DNA from: an uncultured Trueperaceae bacterium
GTDB lineage: Bacteria; Deinococcota; Deinococci; Deinococcales; Trueperaceae
Direction of reading: 5' to 3'
NCBI GenBank assembly: GCA_963799485.1
Contig: CAWCXJ010000012.1
Location: forward strand, 96,001 to 160,000
Length of the DNA: 64,000 nt
The first letter of the stretch is position 1. Every line of letters starts with the position of its first letter. A program made the translations under genes and the position numbers. This document shows positions 53,623 through 63,371 of the stretch, piece by piece. A model generated the notes under the pieces. It was not told where the DNA came from. It worked only from the letters and a program-made list of their open reading frames with translations, and searched no databases.

Positions 53623-54708
53623 TTGTCGAGCCTGACCATCCCCCCCGCGAGCATCCTAGACGACCTCCGCAGCCGCACGCCCGCCGGTATGCTGAGCCGC
53701 CAGGAAAAAGACCGGCTGATCGAACGCGGCTTTTTGGGTCTTTACCGCTGGTACACCGCCCGCAGCCAGGAGACGCGCAACTGGAACCCGGACAAATCGT
53801 TCGCCTGGCGCAACCTGCGCAAAGACTTCTCCGAACCGCTGATGCAGATTTTGCAGGGCTTCTTTGCCGTCGAGTACTACACCCCCGACTACGTCGACGA
53901 AATCCTGAACCTGGTACGCCGCTCTCACGGGCGCAGCCACTTCCAGCTCCGCTGGGGTTCCGAAGAAGAAAAACACGCCGACACCTGGGAGAACTCGCTT
54001 TTGTTCTCGCAGCAGCGCACGCCCGGCTTTATCGAGTCGTATAAAGAAGACCTGCGCGCCAGCGTCCACCGCAGTTTATGGGAAGGCGACGCGCTGCGTA
54101 ACCTCGTCTACACGGTGTTTCAAGAACGCGCCACCCAGCTCAACTACCTCAACCTGCTCAAGATCGCCAACGGCAAGTCGGACAAACCGCAGCACCAGAA
54201 CGACGCCGACCCGGTGCTAGCGCGTGTGGCCCAGACGATTGCCACCGACGAAGCCGCGCACTACAACTTCTTTCTAGAAGGCGTCAGACTTTTCTTGTAC
54301 TACTACCCGCAGCGCACTTTAGAGGCCATCCAAGACGTGATCACGCACTTTACGATGCCGGCGAACAACATCGTGCCGGATTGGGACAAGTTCAACTACG
54401 CGGTCTACAAAGCCGGGATTTACGGCCCCCGTGAATACGCCCGCGACGTGGTGCAGGTGGTGTTTCGCAACCTGGGGATCGAGAGCCGGAAAAAGCTCGA
54501 GGAGGGCATCAAAAAAGGCCGCATCGTCCCGAGCAAAGCAGACGACGGCACGCAGCTGACCGCCATCTGGGACTCGTTCGATTACGGGCTGGTCGAGGGC
54601 GACGTGCAGCGGATTTACGGCAAGATTACCAGGCACGAGCGTGACTTCGGGCGTTATGAGCTTGACCCCACCGACTTTGTACCAAATCCCGAGTGGCCGG
54701 GGAAGTAA
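53623..54708 (+). CDS. Acyl-ACP desaturase-like di-iron (ferritin-like) protein
   Basis: RBS AAGGAG; WGSEEEKH, FQERATQLNY, IATDEAAH, FTMP. Confidence 0.82.
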   Translation: MSSLTIPPASILDDLRSRTPAGMLSRQEKDRLIERGFLGLYRWYTARSQETRNWNPDKSFAWRNLRKDFSEPLMQILQGFFAVEYYTPDYVDEILNLVRRSHGRSHFQLRWGSEEEKHADTWENSLLFSQQRTPGFIESYKEDLRASVHRSLWEGDALRNLVYTVFQERATQLNYLNLLKIANGKSDKPQHQNDADPVLARVAQTIATDEAAHYNFFLEGVRLFLYYYPQRTLEAIQDVITHFTMPANNIVPDWDKFNYAVYKAGIYGPREYARDVVQVVFRNLGIESRKKLEEGIKKGRIVPSKADDGTQLTAIWDSFDYGLVEGDVQRIYGKITRHERDFGRYELDPTDFVPNPEWPGK

Positions 54709-54745
54709 CGCCTCCAAAGGCCTGCGTGTCAGATTACAGTAAAAA

Positions 54746-54781
54746 GGCCTGAACGTAGAGGGGGGGTAGTACGTTCAGGCC
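54746..54781. terminator. Terminator hairpin between convergent genes
   Basis: GGCCTGAACGTA...TACGTTCAGGCC with an A-tract on its left. Confidence 0.7.
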
Positions 54782-54934
54782 GCAAAACGTTCACGAAACC
54801 GTGGTACTTGCTCCCCCAGCAACCGTTTTTCGCAACTCTGCCCGTCGCCCCTGCGGTTGTTGGGCGCATCCCGGTTTCACCCATCATTAAACAAAACGGT
54901 GTCGGGCTGGAACAGAGGTGGCTGTCAAATATAT

Positions 54935-54952
54935 AAGGGGTTTTTACCCCGG
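54935..54952. promoter_or_regulatory. Palindromic operator candidate, copy 3
   Basis: AAGGGGT-TTTT-ACCCCGG. Confidence 0.45.
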
Positions 54953-55039
54953 TTTTCTACCTTTACCGGAACCGGCACATGGAGCCTGGTCGGGCCGGTT
55001 CGCTTCACCGTTTTACGGCGGGTGAACGCAAGCAACCTT

Positions 55040-55390
55040 TTACCCGACCCTCTCAGCCGAGCAAAAACACATACGCCGCAACATCAGCAGATGGGCGTGC
55101 AGCACCTCTAACGCCGTCACGCTGAGGATGTTGGTTTCGTAGCAGGTGGCGAGGGTCTCGAGGTTCTCTCTTACCAGACCGTAGGCCCTACTGCTCGCGT
55201 GGTCGCGGTAGCCGGGTAGACGTGCGTAAAGTTCATCAATCGTTCTCTGAATCTCCTCGTGGTAGCCGCGCGCCGAGGTAAACTCCCAAGGCCGTTCAAA
55301 GTGCCCCTCGAGGCTGGGTTCTGGAAAACTGTCTGTAAGGCAATCTGTGTTACGCACCGCCACCTCCACGCCTGTAATAGCCTGTTGCAC
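55040..55390 (-). CDS. Hypothetical protein
   Basis: 116-aa ORF starting 10 nt after the upstream stop; no recognised motif. Confidence 0.45.
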   Translation of the reverse strand: MQQAITGVEVAVRNTDCLTDSFPEPSLEGHFERPWEFTSARGYHEEIQRTIDELYARLPGYRDHASSRAYGLVRENLETLATCYETNILSVTALEVLHAHLLMLRRMCFCSAERVG

Positions 55391-55400
55391 CGAAGGGCAC

Positions 55401-55708
55401 TTAAAAGGTACTCCCCAAGTCGGTTTTGTCTTTATCCGCAGTTTCGGTTCGTTCGACCGCTATTTTTTCACGCCTGAACGTGACCTGCGGTGCGTCCGTA
55501 TGTTCCGAGCGCTGCGTCGTCACCCGCACCTCTGCGACGAGCATCAGCTGTTTGCCGACGACCGGCACCGCTTCGTAACGGAACACAATCACCGTGTCGC
55601 TCTCATAACGCTTTACGGCGTCTCTGCTAAAGCCGCTGCTGGTCAGCTCGCCAACCACCTGTCGGACGTAGCGAGACTGCCAAAAACACCGATTACACTG
55701 TTCATCAT
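55401..55708 (-). pseudogene. Degenerate YsnF/AvaK (DUF2382)-like stress protein
   Basis: RBS AAGGAG + MMNSVIGVFGS, then a frameshift into RQVVGELTSSGFSRD...PVVGKQLMLVAEVRV...VTFRREKIAVER. Confidence 0.55.
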
Positions 55709-55813
55709 GGTTTTCTCCTTTGCGCTAATTACAGCTGCTTCAACCGCAAATTTGAAGAGGTTCTTACCCCTGCTCGCTAGGTGTTTGAACCCTACGGCTT
55801 GCGCTTTACGGCC

Positions 55814-55863
55814 TGAACCGGCTACTTTGAACCCGGTACTTTTGAACCCGGTACTTTTGAACC
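55814..55863. repeat. 15-bp tandem repeat TGAACCCGGTACTTT (about 3.4 copies, first degenerate)
   Basis: Read directly. Confidence 0.8.
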
Positions 55864-56402
55864 ATCATCCACTCGAGGTCACCGGCGCGAAGTTCTAGTG
55901 AGCTGATGGTCGCCTTCCGGGGTTTGTTTGCCGCGTCAGCGCCACATTACGGCAAAAACCGATGCGTTTATTCCCGGCTATGCGCGCTGGACTGGAAGCT
56001 CATACAGAAAACTCACACAGACGGTTGTGCTTCTCCGAGTTTCGCACCCGTCAACCCGGCAATGACCGTTTGAGGGTTTGCAAGCTTGGCCTGTAAACAT
56101 GCATAAATACCAGAAGTCGGTGTTTTAAGCCTAGTACTCCCACCCAGATACATCTGTTGTGTGCCGCTTGCGTCTGCTAGATTGCAACTGAAGCGTCGTG
56201 CTCGGCACACCGCAGCTCAACACACCGCAAAAGCAACTTCATAGAACACGACAAACAAGCACGACAAGCCGCGTAGCCGGATCGGCTTTTTAGAAAAGCA
56301 CCGGATTTTGGGCTCGAGCGTCCTTCAGGCGCACATAACATTCAGGCGCACATAAGCTGTCGGCAACACGAGCAGGAGCCAAAGTTAGGAGTCGGGGTAG
56401 TT

Positions 56403-57096
56403 ATGACGGATTGGCACGGCACACAAGCTGAACTCGGGGCGGTTCTTGACTGCTATTACCGACGGGCTTTTCGTGCTCGATAGCGACTGGCGTTTTACTT
56501 TCCTAAACGCACCGGCGGAGCAGTGGTGGCGCGCGCACGAGGAAAAACCGGGCCAAGCAAACCTCGCCGGCGCAAATGCCTGGGAGACATTCCCGGAAAC
56601 CGTCGGTAGCGACCTCTACGAAGCTTGCCACCACGCGTCCCGGGCACAGACCCCCGGCAAGCTCGAGCTTTACGCCGCGTCCCGCAAGCAGTGGCTTATG
56701 CTGCGCCTTTATCCGTTCCCTGACGGGCTTTGTGTTTATTTTGTGGACGTAAGTGACTACAAGCAGCTAGAACACGAGCTGCTCGGGGCACTTCAAGAGA
56801 TAGCTAGCGAAACCCTGTGGTTTAACCATTCACTCACCGATAAGCTGGCGCAAACTGCCGCCAAGACGCGCAGGGCCGCCGCAAAAGCCGCCGCGCCGCC
56901 GCTGACCCGGCGCGAAAAGCAGGTTTTAGAACATATCGCCAGAGGGCACGATGACCGCTACATCGCCGCCGCTCTGGGCCTTGTCGAGCAGACTGTGCGT
57001 AACTACATCACGCGTCTTTACGCAAAACTGGGGGTTCATTCACGCGCTGAAGCCGTCGTCTGGGCGCGTGAACGCGGGCTTGGCAGAACCGAATAG
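56403..57096 (+). CDS. PAS + LuxR-HTH regulator (one extra base near 56445)
   Basis: ATG 56403 with upstream AGGAG is one base out of frame with LTAITDGLFVLDSDWRFTFLN; C-terminal LTRREKQVL...HSRAEAVVWARERG. Confidence 0.82.
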
Positions 57097-57226
57097 AGCA
57101 GCGAACCCTGTACAGGCGAATTACAGACTGCACCTCTACGTTCCCGACCACAATTTTTCGGTAAATATGTTTGACAAATAGTTGACAGCGCGCGCGAGTA
57201 GCCGGTGACGCACCCGTAATCCCTAT

Positions 57227-57244
57227 TAGGGGTAGCTACCCCTA
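57227..57244. promoter_or_regulatory. Perfect 18-bp palindrome, operator candidate copy 4
   Basis: TAGGGGTAGCTACCCCTA. Confidence 0.65.
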
Positions 57245-57284
57245 CGTAACCGGTCTTTACTTCTCTGGTGTGCCCTTTTAGAAA

Positions 57285-57515
57285 TTGCTAACTTTGAAAG
57301 GCACGTTAACGGCTCGAGCTCGCTTTTTGTCTGAGAGTTACATGGGGTGGGAGTGGCTAAAATTAGATGTTTTGTAAGACGCAGCAAGGTTCAAAGCTTT
57401 GGGGCTTGCTAAGTTTCAAGGGTACAAGGTGACTCGAGTCTACCTTTTGTCTGGGGGTTACAGGGGGTAACTGAGGCTGGATGTTTTGTAGGGAGCCGTA
57501 CAGGTCTAAACGGTT
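57285..57515. repeat. Degenerate about 120-bp direct repeat, 2 copies
   Basis: Shared blocks TTGCTAA, CTCGAG, TTTTGTCTG.G.GTTACA.GGGGT and GATGTTTTGTA in the same order. Confidence 0.7.
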
Positions 57516-57768
57516 AGGTAACCAAAAGGAGAAATGTGCAGGCCGGTGAACACGCCTCGAGCTTTCAGTGGACAGCCGTCGGCGCGAGCAGCGGTACCGA
57601 CTACGAAAACTCGGGTTCGGAACCGACGACGGTCATCACGCAGTAATAGCGACAGCAACAACGACAGTAAGGCAACCGTAAAGCGCTAAACGAACTACCA
57701 AAACCGCTGGGCAGGTGAGCTCACCTGCCCAGCCGCAATCCCCACCTTTTCCAGCAAAGGAGCAGCAC

Positions 57769-58338
57769 ATGAATATCCGTAACGGGTGGCGCACCGCCGT
57801 CACCGACACTACCGGTAACACCTCACGACGTTTTCCTCGAGCCTTACGCAGTTATCTACTCGCCTTCGGCGCGCTTCTCCTTTTGACGACGGCCTGCAAC
57901 AACCCGGCGCAAACCCAGGACCCGACGCTCAACGAAGAACTGACGGCGCTTCAGGCCCAGGTCGGCGACTTCGAGTCGCAAGTGACCGAACAGACCCAGG
58001 CGCTGCAAGACGCACGTGCGCGTGTCAACGAATTAGAGGCCCGGCTCGCCGAACAGCAGCAGCAGGTCGCAGAGGCCGAAACGGTGGTGCAGGAGCGTGA
58101 CCAGTTCAGGCAACAACTTGCGGCGCGGCAGACTGCCTTGCAGAGAGCGCAGGCGCGGATTCGGAACCTGGAACAGCGGCGCGAGCTGACGCTCGAGGAG
58201 CGCTTAGCGTCGATCAACCAGCGGATCGATATTCTTCAGCAGGAGCGCGCCCAGCTCAATGGTCAGGCCGGGGGTCAGGCCGGGCCGGGAACGCAAGCTC
58301 CGGCAACGAACGAGGTTGGGGCCGACTCCACCCCGTAA
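57769..58338 (+). CDS. Coiled-coil lipoprotein
   Basis: RBS AAGGAG; LLLLTTAC lipobox; Q/E/R-rich heptads. Confidence 0.72.
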   Translation: MNIRNGWRTAVTDTTGNTSRRFPRALRSYLLAFGALLLLTTACNNPAQTQDPTLNEELTALQAQVGDFESQVTEQTQALQDARARVNELEARLAEQQQQVAEAETVVQERDQFRQQLAARQTALQRAQARIRNLEQRRELTLEERLASINQRIDILQQERAQLNGQAGGQAGPGTQAPATNEVGADSTP

Positions 58339-58452
58339 AGCTTATTGATTGAGCGCGCGGCGCACTTCGCCGCGCTTCAACCAACATTTTTTACGCGGCG
58401 CTTGTCAAACAACCGTTACAGGATATGGGCTACCCAGAGGAGAGCCTAGAAA

Positions 58453-58608
58453 ATGTCAACGACAACAGCAAACCCAAAAGGCTCGAGCACCGCTACCGGA
58501 CTGTCTGATGCTGTGAGTACAGGTCGTCAGGTCGCGGCTGAACTCGTCAACCGTGGCTTTGACTGGGGCGTGGTGACGCTCGGGCGCGAAGTGTTTACTG
58601 CGCTGTGA
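58453..58608 (+). CDS. 51-aa ORF resembling the N-terminal segment of YsnF/general stress proteins
   Basis: RBS GAGGAG; MSTTTANPKG...TGLSDAVSTGRQVAAELVNRGFDW. Confidence 0.4.
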   Translation: MSTTTANPKGSSTATGLSDAVSTGRQVAAELVNRGFDWGVVTLGREVFTAL

Positions 58609-59629
58609 CAGGCCGAACGTTACGCACGAGCAGCACCGCGTCGTTAAAGTCGTTGAGCCGGTTCGACTCGTCGGTAGCGAGGACAAACCCGCCGTCCCCC
58701 AGCGGATAGGCCCGGACGTGATGCGGCGAGGTATCGAAGGTATTGCGCGCGTCTTCGGTATAGACGGTGCGCTGCTCGAAAAAGCGGGTCGTCGGCCACA
58801 CGGAATAAAAACCGAAAGGCTCAGCGGGCGGCGTAAAGCTCACGACCCCCGCTGCAACCTCTGTGGCTACGGGCGTAATGACGGGCTCGAGCCTTTGACC
58901 GTTAAGCGTCGGGAAGATGGGAAGGCTTAAAAGCGGTTGCAACGATTCGGCGTTACTCGCGCCGTAAAAACCAAACTCGAATACCGGCGCGACGTCCGGA
59001 ACGGCGAACGTGGCGAGCACCTGAACCGTAACCGGCTGTGCGGGGTCGGCGCGGACGAATGTTTGCGCGGAAACCTCGTCGCCCAGGGGATAATTTGCCG
59101 GTTCATCGACCAGCGGAGAGGTTGCGGGGTCTTGGTCGCCGGTTTGCAAGCCGAAACCGTAGGTGTCGAAAATCCACTGCAGGGAAGGCTCGAGGGTCCC
59201 GTTCTGGCCCTGAACGTGGAGGCCGCCCAAAGCGACCTGCACCGTGTTACTACCGGCTGCGTTACCACCGGCTGCGTTACTGCCCGCAAGGTTGAGCAAA
59301 GCTTGTTGGGGGCCGAGATTACCTGCAACCGGCGTAAACGTCACGGTAAGCTCTCGGCTCTGACCGGCGCTGAGGCTAAAAGTTGACGTGCCTTGGAGCG
59401 CAAACTGCGCCGCATCTTCACCGGTCACGGTAGCTGAAACCTTGAGCACACCCGTCCCGGTATTTGTTACTTCTACGGTACGCGCGTCGTTTGAGATGTC
59501 GCCACCCGCGTTAAAAACCACTACGTCGCGGCTTGGCGTCAAACCTCCGGTTACAGTACCTCCCGGCACGCCACAACTCGCTAAAACTACGCCCAGCACG
59601 AGCGTTAAAGGTAAAGCTGGATATTTCAA
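58595..59629 (-). CDS. Lipoprotein with Ig-like (ASH/choice-of-anchor D-like) domain
   Basis: VLASC lipobox; VTNTGTGVLKV...LSAGQSRELTVTFTP; C-terminal DFNDAVLLV. Confidence 0.72.
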   Translation of the reverse strand: MKYPALPLTLVLGVVLASCGVPGGTVTGGLTPSRDVVVFNAGGDISNDARTVEVTNTGTGVLKVSATVTGEDAAQFALQGTSTFSLSAGQSRELTVTFTPVAGNLGPQQALLNLAGSNAAGGNAAGSNTVQVALGGLHVQGQNGTLEPSLQWIFDTYGFGLQTGDQDPATSPLVDEPANYPLGDEVSAQTFVRADPAQPVTVQVLATFAVPDVAPVFEFGFYGASNAESLQPLLSLPIFPTLNGQRLEPVITPVATEVAAGVVSFTPPAEPFGFYSVWPTTRFFEQRTVYTEDARNTFDTSPHHVRAYPLGDGGFVLATDESNRLNDFNDAVLLVRNVRPVTAQ

Positions 59630-59804
59630 GGTAACCCACCCCTTTCAGAAGGCGACCTTAGCACAAGCGGATGAGGGTGCCGCTGGGCAAATGCACCTGC
59701 ACGTTGGCGAGTAGGTTGGCGCGGGCCGACCGTAAGCTGTAGCGGCGACGGCTCCGAAACCCCTAGCTCACGCTTCTCCCGAAAAACACTTTAGAATATC
59801 TTTT

Positions 59805-60014
59805 ATGAGGCGTTATGCGTTACTACGACCTACCGAACTCGCACAGCTCGCAGAGCTCAGCGAACGGCACGAAGAGCTGATGCGGCGGCTCGAGACCGGC
59901 GAACCCGACCCGCTACTAGGGCCCCGCGACGTGCAGCTTGAAATCCGGCAGCTCCGCCAGGAGGCGCTTAAGGTGCTGAAAAGCGTGTCGCAAAATATCG
60001 AACAGCTCCCTTGA
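59805..60014 (+). CDS. Small helical hypothetical protein
   Basis: TAGAAT 7 nt before ATG; 9 nt from the next gene. Confidence 0.6.
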   Translation: MRRYALLRPTELAQLAELSERHEELMRRLETGEPDPLLGPRDVQLEIRQLRQEALKVLKSVSQNIEQLP

Positions 60015-60023
60015 GCCCTTGTT

Positions 60024-60935
60024 ATGAACCCTAGCGCCACCCTGATCCACAACGCGCACGCCGCCGGTCGATTGCGTCTTTCGACCGCGCGCATCATCGA
60101 GCTTTTGGCGGAAGCCGGTTACGACGCCGAGCACATTCCGACCGAGAGTGAAGCCGAACTTGCTAACGTCCTTACGAACCCCGGCGAACTCGTCGTGGCA
60201 GCGGGCGGCGACGGCACGATTCGCGGCGTCGCGCTGGCTTTAGCTGCGTCAGGGTCAGCCGTCCCTTTAGCCCTCGCACCTTTAGGCACCGCTAACAATA
60301 TCGCGCACACGCTGGGGCTGACCGACGTGACCGAAAACTTGTTGCGTGGCCTCGCTACCCCTTACGCGCGCCCCTTCGACCTCGGTCTGATTCGCGCGCC
60401 GTGGGGTCAGGCGCGGTTTCTCGAGGCGTTCGGGGTCGGCTTGTTCGCGCACGGCATGGAGAAATACAACCCAGGCGAGGGCAAAAGCCTCTTTCGGGCG
60501 GCACAAGCGGCGATTGAAACCCTGACGCAGTACGAGGCGCGCGAGTGGCAGCTCGAGCTCGACGGGCGCGACCTCTCGGGCCGTTACCTGCTGCTCGAGG
60601 TGATGAACACCACGTCGATGGGGCTGCGCCTGCGCCTCGCACCTGACGCCGACCCGAGCGACGGTCTGTTCGACGTCGTGCGAGTGCGCGAAGACAAGCG
60701 GATCAGCTTCCAGACGTACTTCCGCAAACTTACGGCGGGTGACTTGGAGACCCTGCCCAACATCGACATCGTTCGGGGGCGGCGGCTCAAGCTTCTTTGG
60801 GACGGGCAGCCCCTGCACTTCGACGAAGAGGTGCGCGGCGACGACCCGGCGCGTGTTCCCGGTGGTGAAATCGACATCGAGCTGCAGCCGGGCGCGCTCA
60901 CGTTGTGGCTGCCCGAGCAGGCTCGAGCCCCGTAA
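60024..60935 (+). CDS. Diacylglycerol/lipid kinase family protein
   Basis: AAGGDGTI, PLGTANN, PDADPSDGLFDV. Confidence 0.9.
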   Translation: MNPSATLIHNAHAAGRLRLSTARIIELLAEAGYDAEHIPTESEAELANVLTNPGELVVAAGGDGTIRGVALALAASGSAVPLALAPLGTANNIAHTLGLTDVTENLLRGLATPYARPFDLGLIRAPWGQARFLEAFGVGLFAHGMEKYNPGEGKSLFRAAQAAIETLTQYEAREWQLELDGRDLSGRYLLLEVMNTTSMGLRLRLAPDADPSDGLFDVVRVREDKRISFQTYFRKLTAGDLETLPNIDIVRGRRLKLLWDGQPLHFDEEVRGDDPARVPGGEIDIELQPGALTLWLPEQARAP

Positions 60936-60951
60936 ACGTACACTTAACTTT

Positions 60952-61653
60952 ATGAAAATCGACCTCCACCTCCACACCGAAGCTTCGTTCGATTGCGTGG
61001 TGCCGCTGCCGCAACTTTTACTGCAGGTCGGGCGCGCGGGTATCGATGTTCAGGCCGTGACCGACCACAACGAAATCTGGGGCGCAGAAAAGCTTAGGGC
61101 GTTGGCCGCTGCGCGCCGTAAAACCCACCCTGAAACGCCGCAGATTATCGTCGGCGAAGAGGTCAGTACCCGCGAGGGCGAAATTATCGGGCTCTTTTTA
61201 ACCGAGCGAATTCCCCGTGACCTGAGCCCCGAGGAAACAGTCGCCCGTATCCGGGCGCAGGGCGGGCTGGTGCTCTTGCCGCACGGCTTCGACCCGCTGA
61301 AAAAGAAACGGCTCAAACCCGAGGCTTTGGCGCGTATTGCCGGTGACGTCGATATCGTCGAGAGTTTTAACGCGCGTATCTCGAGGCCGCGCTGGAACCG
61401 CGCCGGGGCTGTGTGGGCGGACGCGCGCGGCCTCCCGAAAAGCGGCGGCTCGGACGCGCACACCCTCGCCGACGTAGGCGACGCCTGGACTGAAACGCCG
61501 CAACGCGACGTGAGCACGCCGGAGGGACTGCTCGAGGCGGTGCGCGCAGGTGAGGTGGCGGGCCGCTGGACGCATCCGCTTCTAGCGTTTGGCTACAAGC
61601 TGTGGGATTCGGGCTTTGCCATTTCAAAGCGTTACGTTTCCGGCAGACGTTAG
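60952..61653 (+). CDS. PHP-domain metallophosphoesterase
   Basis: DLHLHT.AS.D, VTDHN, GEEV, GGSDAH. Confidence 0.88.
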   Translation: MKIDLHLHTEASFDCVVPLPQLLLQVGRAGIDVQAVTDHNEIWGAEKLRALAAARRKTHPETPQIIVGEEVSTREGEIIGLFLTERIPRDLSPEETVARIRAQGGLVLLPHGFDPLKKKRLKPEALARIAGDVDIVESFNARISRPRWNRAGAVWADARGLPKSGGSDAHTLADVGDAWTETPQRDVSTPEGLLEAVRAGEVAGRWTHPLLAFGYKLWDSGFAISKRYVSGRR

Positions 61654-61907
61654 GTTTAGGCTCCGCGTCCCCGAGTTTCGCGTCTAAAGCGCCGTAAAAG
61701 GCGCGCTCAGGTTGTATTACGGTATTTGGTCGATCACTGTAACCGTTGTGAAAACCCCAACTCGCACACGCGGCGTTCGCAACCTCTCGTATTACTTCCC
61801 ATGTTACCGCCTATATCCTGTCCTGGACGACGCTTTTTCATATGTAGCTTTCATATGTGGCGTAGCCGGGTCGCTAGTCCCTGCGCTATACTCGCTCAAG
61901 GAGGGTT

Positions 61908-63371
61908 GTGTCCCATCTAGACGAGGCGCTCGAGCTGCTGCTGGCGCGCACCCACAGAGACCCCGAACTCGCTGCGGCGCTGCGAACCCTCTTGGAGGGT
62001 GTTTTGGCGCGTTTACCCGAGCCCGGGCCGGTCGCTGGGCCCGTACCCGAATCTGCGCCGGTCGCAGTAGCCCCCGCAGAACCGGCGTCTGCTCCTGAAG
62101 CCGAGTTAAACGGTGAGACAACCGGTGCGCTAACCGACGAGATAACCTTCGTCGAGTGGCCCGAGTTGGGAGCCGTAGGCAGAAATCTGCAGCTCAAGGC
62201 GGGTGCGTGCCGCTGGGTAGCGGCCTACGGCTACACCGAAGAACCCGCGGCCCTCGGCGAACGCTACGCGCTGCTCGACCACGCGAAAGCGGCAGGGTGT
62301 TTTTTGTGGATGTTTGACCGCGTCCGCGTCAATCCCTACAACACGGCCGGGCTCACCACCCTGGCTGAACTGTTCGAGTTGACGGCGCAGGCGCTGAACT
62401 TCTGGCGCGACGCCGGCGACACGCCCGAGGAGCGGGCAGCCGATCACCTCCTGGCGGACGCGCAGGCGGCGGTGCGCGCCGCTGCCTGGACGCTGGCCGG
62501 CTATAGCGACCCCGATCAGTACGACCTCTACAAAGCGCTAAAACTGAGCGCGCAAGCCTCGAGAACCTATTTGCCGCAGCTCAGTCTGGGCTACCGCCCC
62601 CCGGCGCTGGGCGAACTCACGGTGCGGCTGGCAGCGCTTGGCGAGGCCAGGCAAGCGCGCGAGGCGCGGGCGCGGGCAAGCAAAAAACTTTACGGCAAGG
62701 CGCACTATCACATCAAGCTGGTTGCTAAAAACCCGGCCGACATGGCCCAGTGGCGCAAGGTCGATGAGGCCGTGCGCGAGCTGCTGGCGCAGGGCGAAGC
62801 GGTCGCGGGTCTCCTCGAGCCGCTCCGGGGGCGCGCCGTACCCCCGGATTTGTCCCGGCTCGCCGCGCTGCTGAGGTTGCCTTTAGCCGCGCCGCCCGCA
62901 CCCGTGGGGCAAACCTCGTTCGTCCCCGCCGCGCCGCAACTGCCGGAAAGCGCGAGCGAGGCGGTGAGGCGCGTCGGGCAGCTTTTGGCAGGGCGTGAAA
63001 TCCTGATCGTCGGCGGCGACGAACGCAAAGAGGCGGTCGCGGGGCTTGCCGCGGCGTTCGGTTGCCGCGTGCGGTGGCTCGAGACCGCGCCGCACACCTC
63101 GCTGTCGCTGCTCGAGCCTGCCGTGACCGAAAGTGTCGCGGTCGTCTTGCTGCTGATCCGCTGGTCGAGCCATGTTTACGGCGAACTCGCGCACGTCTGC
63201 AAGGCGCGGGGCGTGCCGCTGGTCAGGCTCGCGGGGGGCTATAACCCCAACCGGGTCGCGCACGACGTGCTGGGGCAAGCGGCGGCGCGGCTCAGCCCGG
63301 ATAGTAGACCTGACAACAAACTTGACGACGCTGACGATACCGACGACAAAGCGCTCGAGCACACGGCCTGA
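61908..63371 (+). CDS. Helical protein with C-terminal DUF2325-like domain
   Basis: RBS GGAGG; ILIVGG...LLIRWSSH...CKARGVPLV. Confidence 0.65.
   Translation: MSHLDEALELLLARTHRDPELAAALRTLLEGVLARLPEPGPVAGPVPESAPVAVAPAEPASAPEAELNGETTGALTDEITFVEWPELGAVGRNLQLKAGACRWVAAYGYTEEPAALGERYALLDHAKAAGCFLWMFDRVRVNPYNTAGLTTLAELFELTAQALNFWRDAGDTPEERAADHLLADAQAAVRAAAWTLAGYSDPDQYDLYKALKLSAQASRTYLPQLSLGYRPPALGELTVRLAALGEARQAREARARASKKLYGKAHYHIKLVAKNPADMAQWRKVDEAVRELLAQGEAVAGLLEPLRGRAVPPDLSRLAALLRLPLAAPPAPVGQTSFVPAAPQLPESASEAVRRVGQLLAGREILIVGGDERKEAVAGLAAAFGCRVRWLETAPHTSLSLLEPAVTESVAVVLLLIRWSSHVYGELAHVCKARGVPLVRLAGGYNPNRVAHDVLGQAAARLSPDSRPDNKLDDADDTDDKALEHTA

Noticed and set aside
55347..55898. 183-aa plus-strand ORF
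   Set aside because: Antisense to the better-supported YsnF-like remnant and runs through a tandem repeat.
55814..57515. Possible CRISPR array from the repeats
   Set aside because: The repeats are adjacent tandem or two diverged copies without unique spacers; no cas genes.
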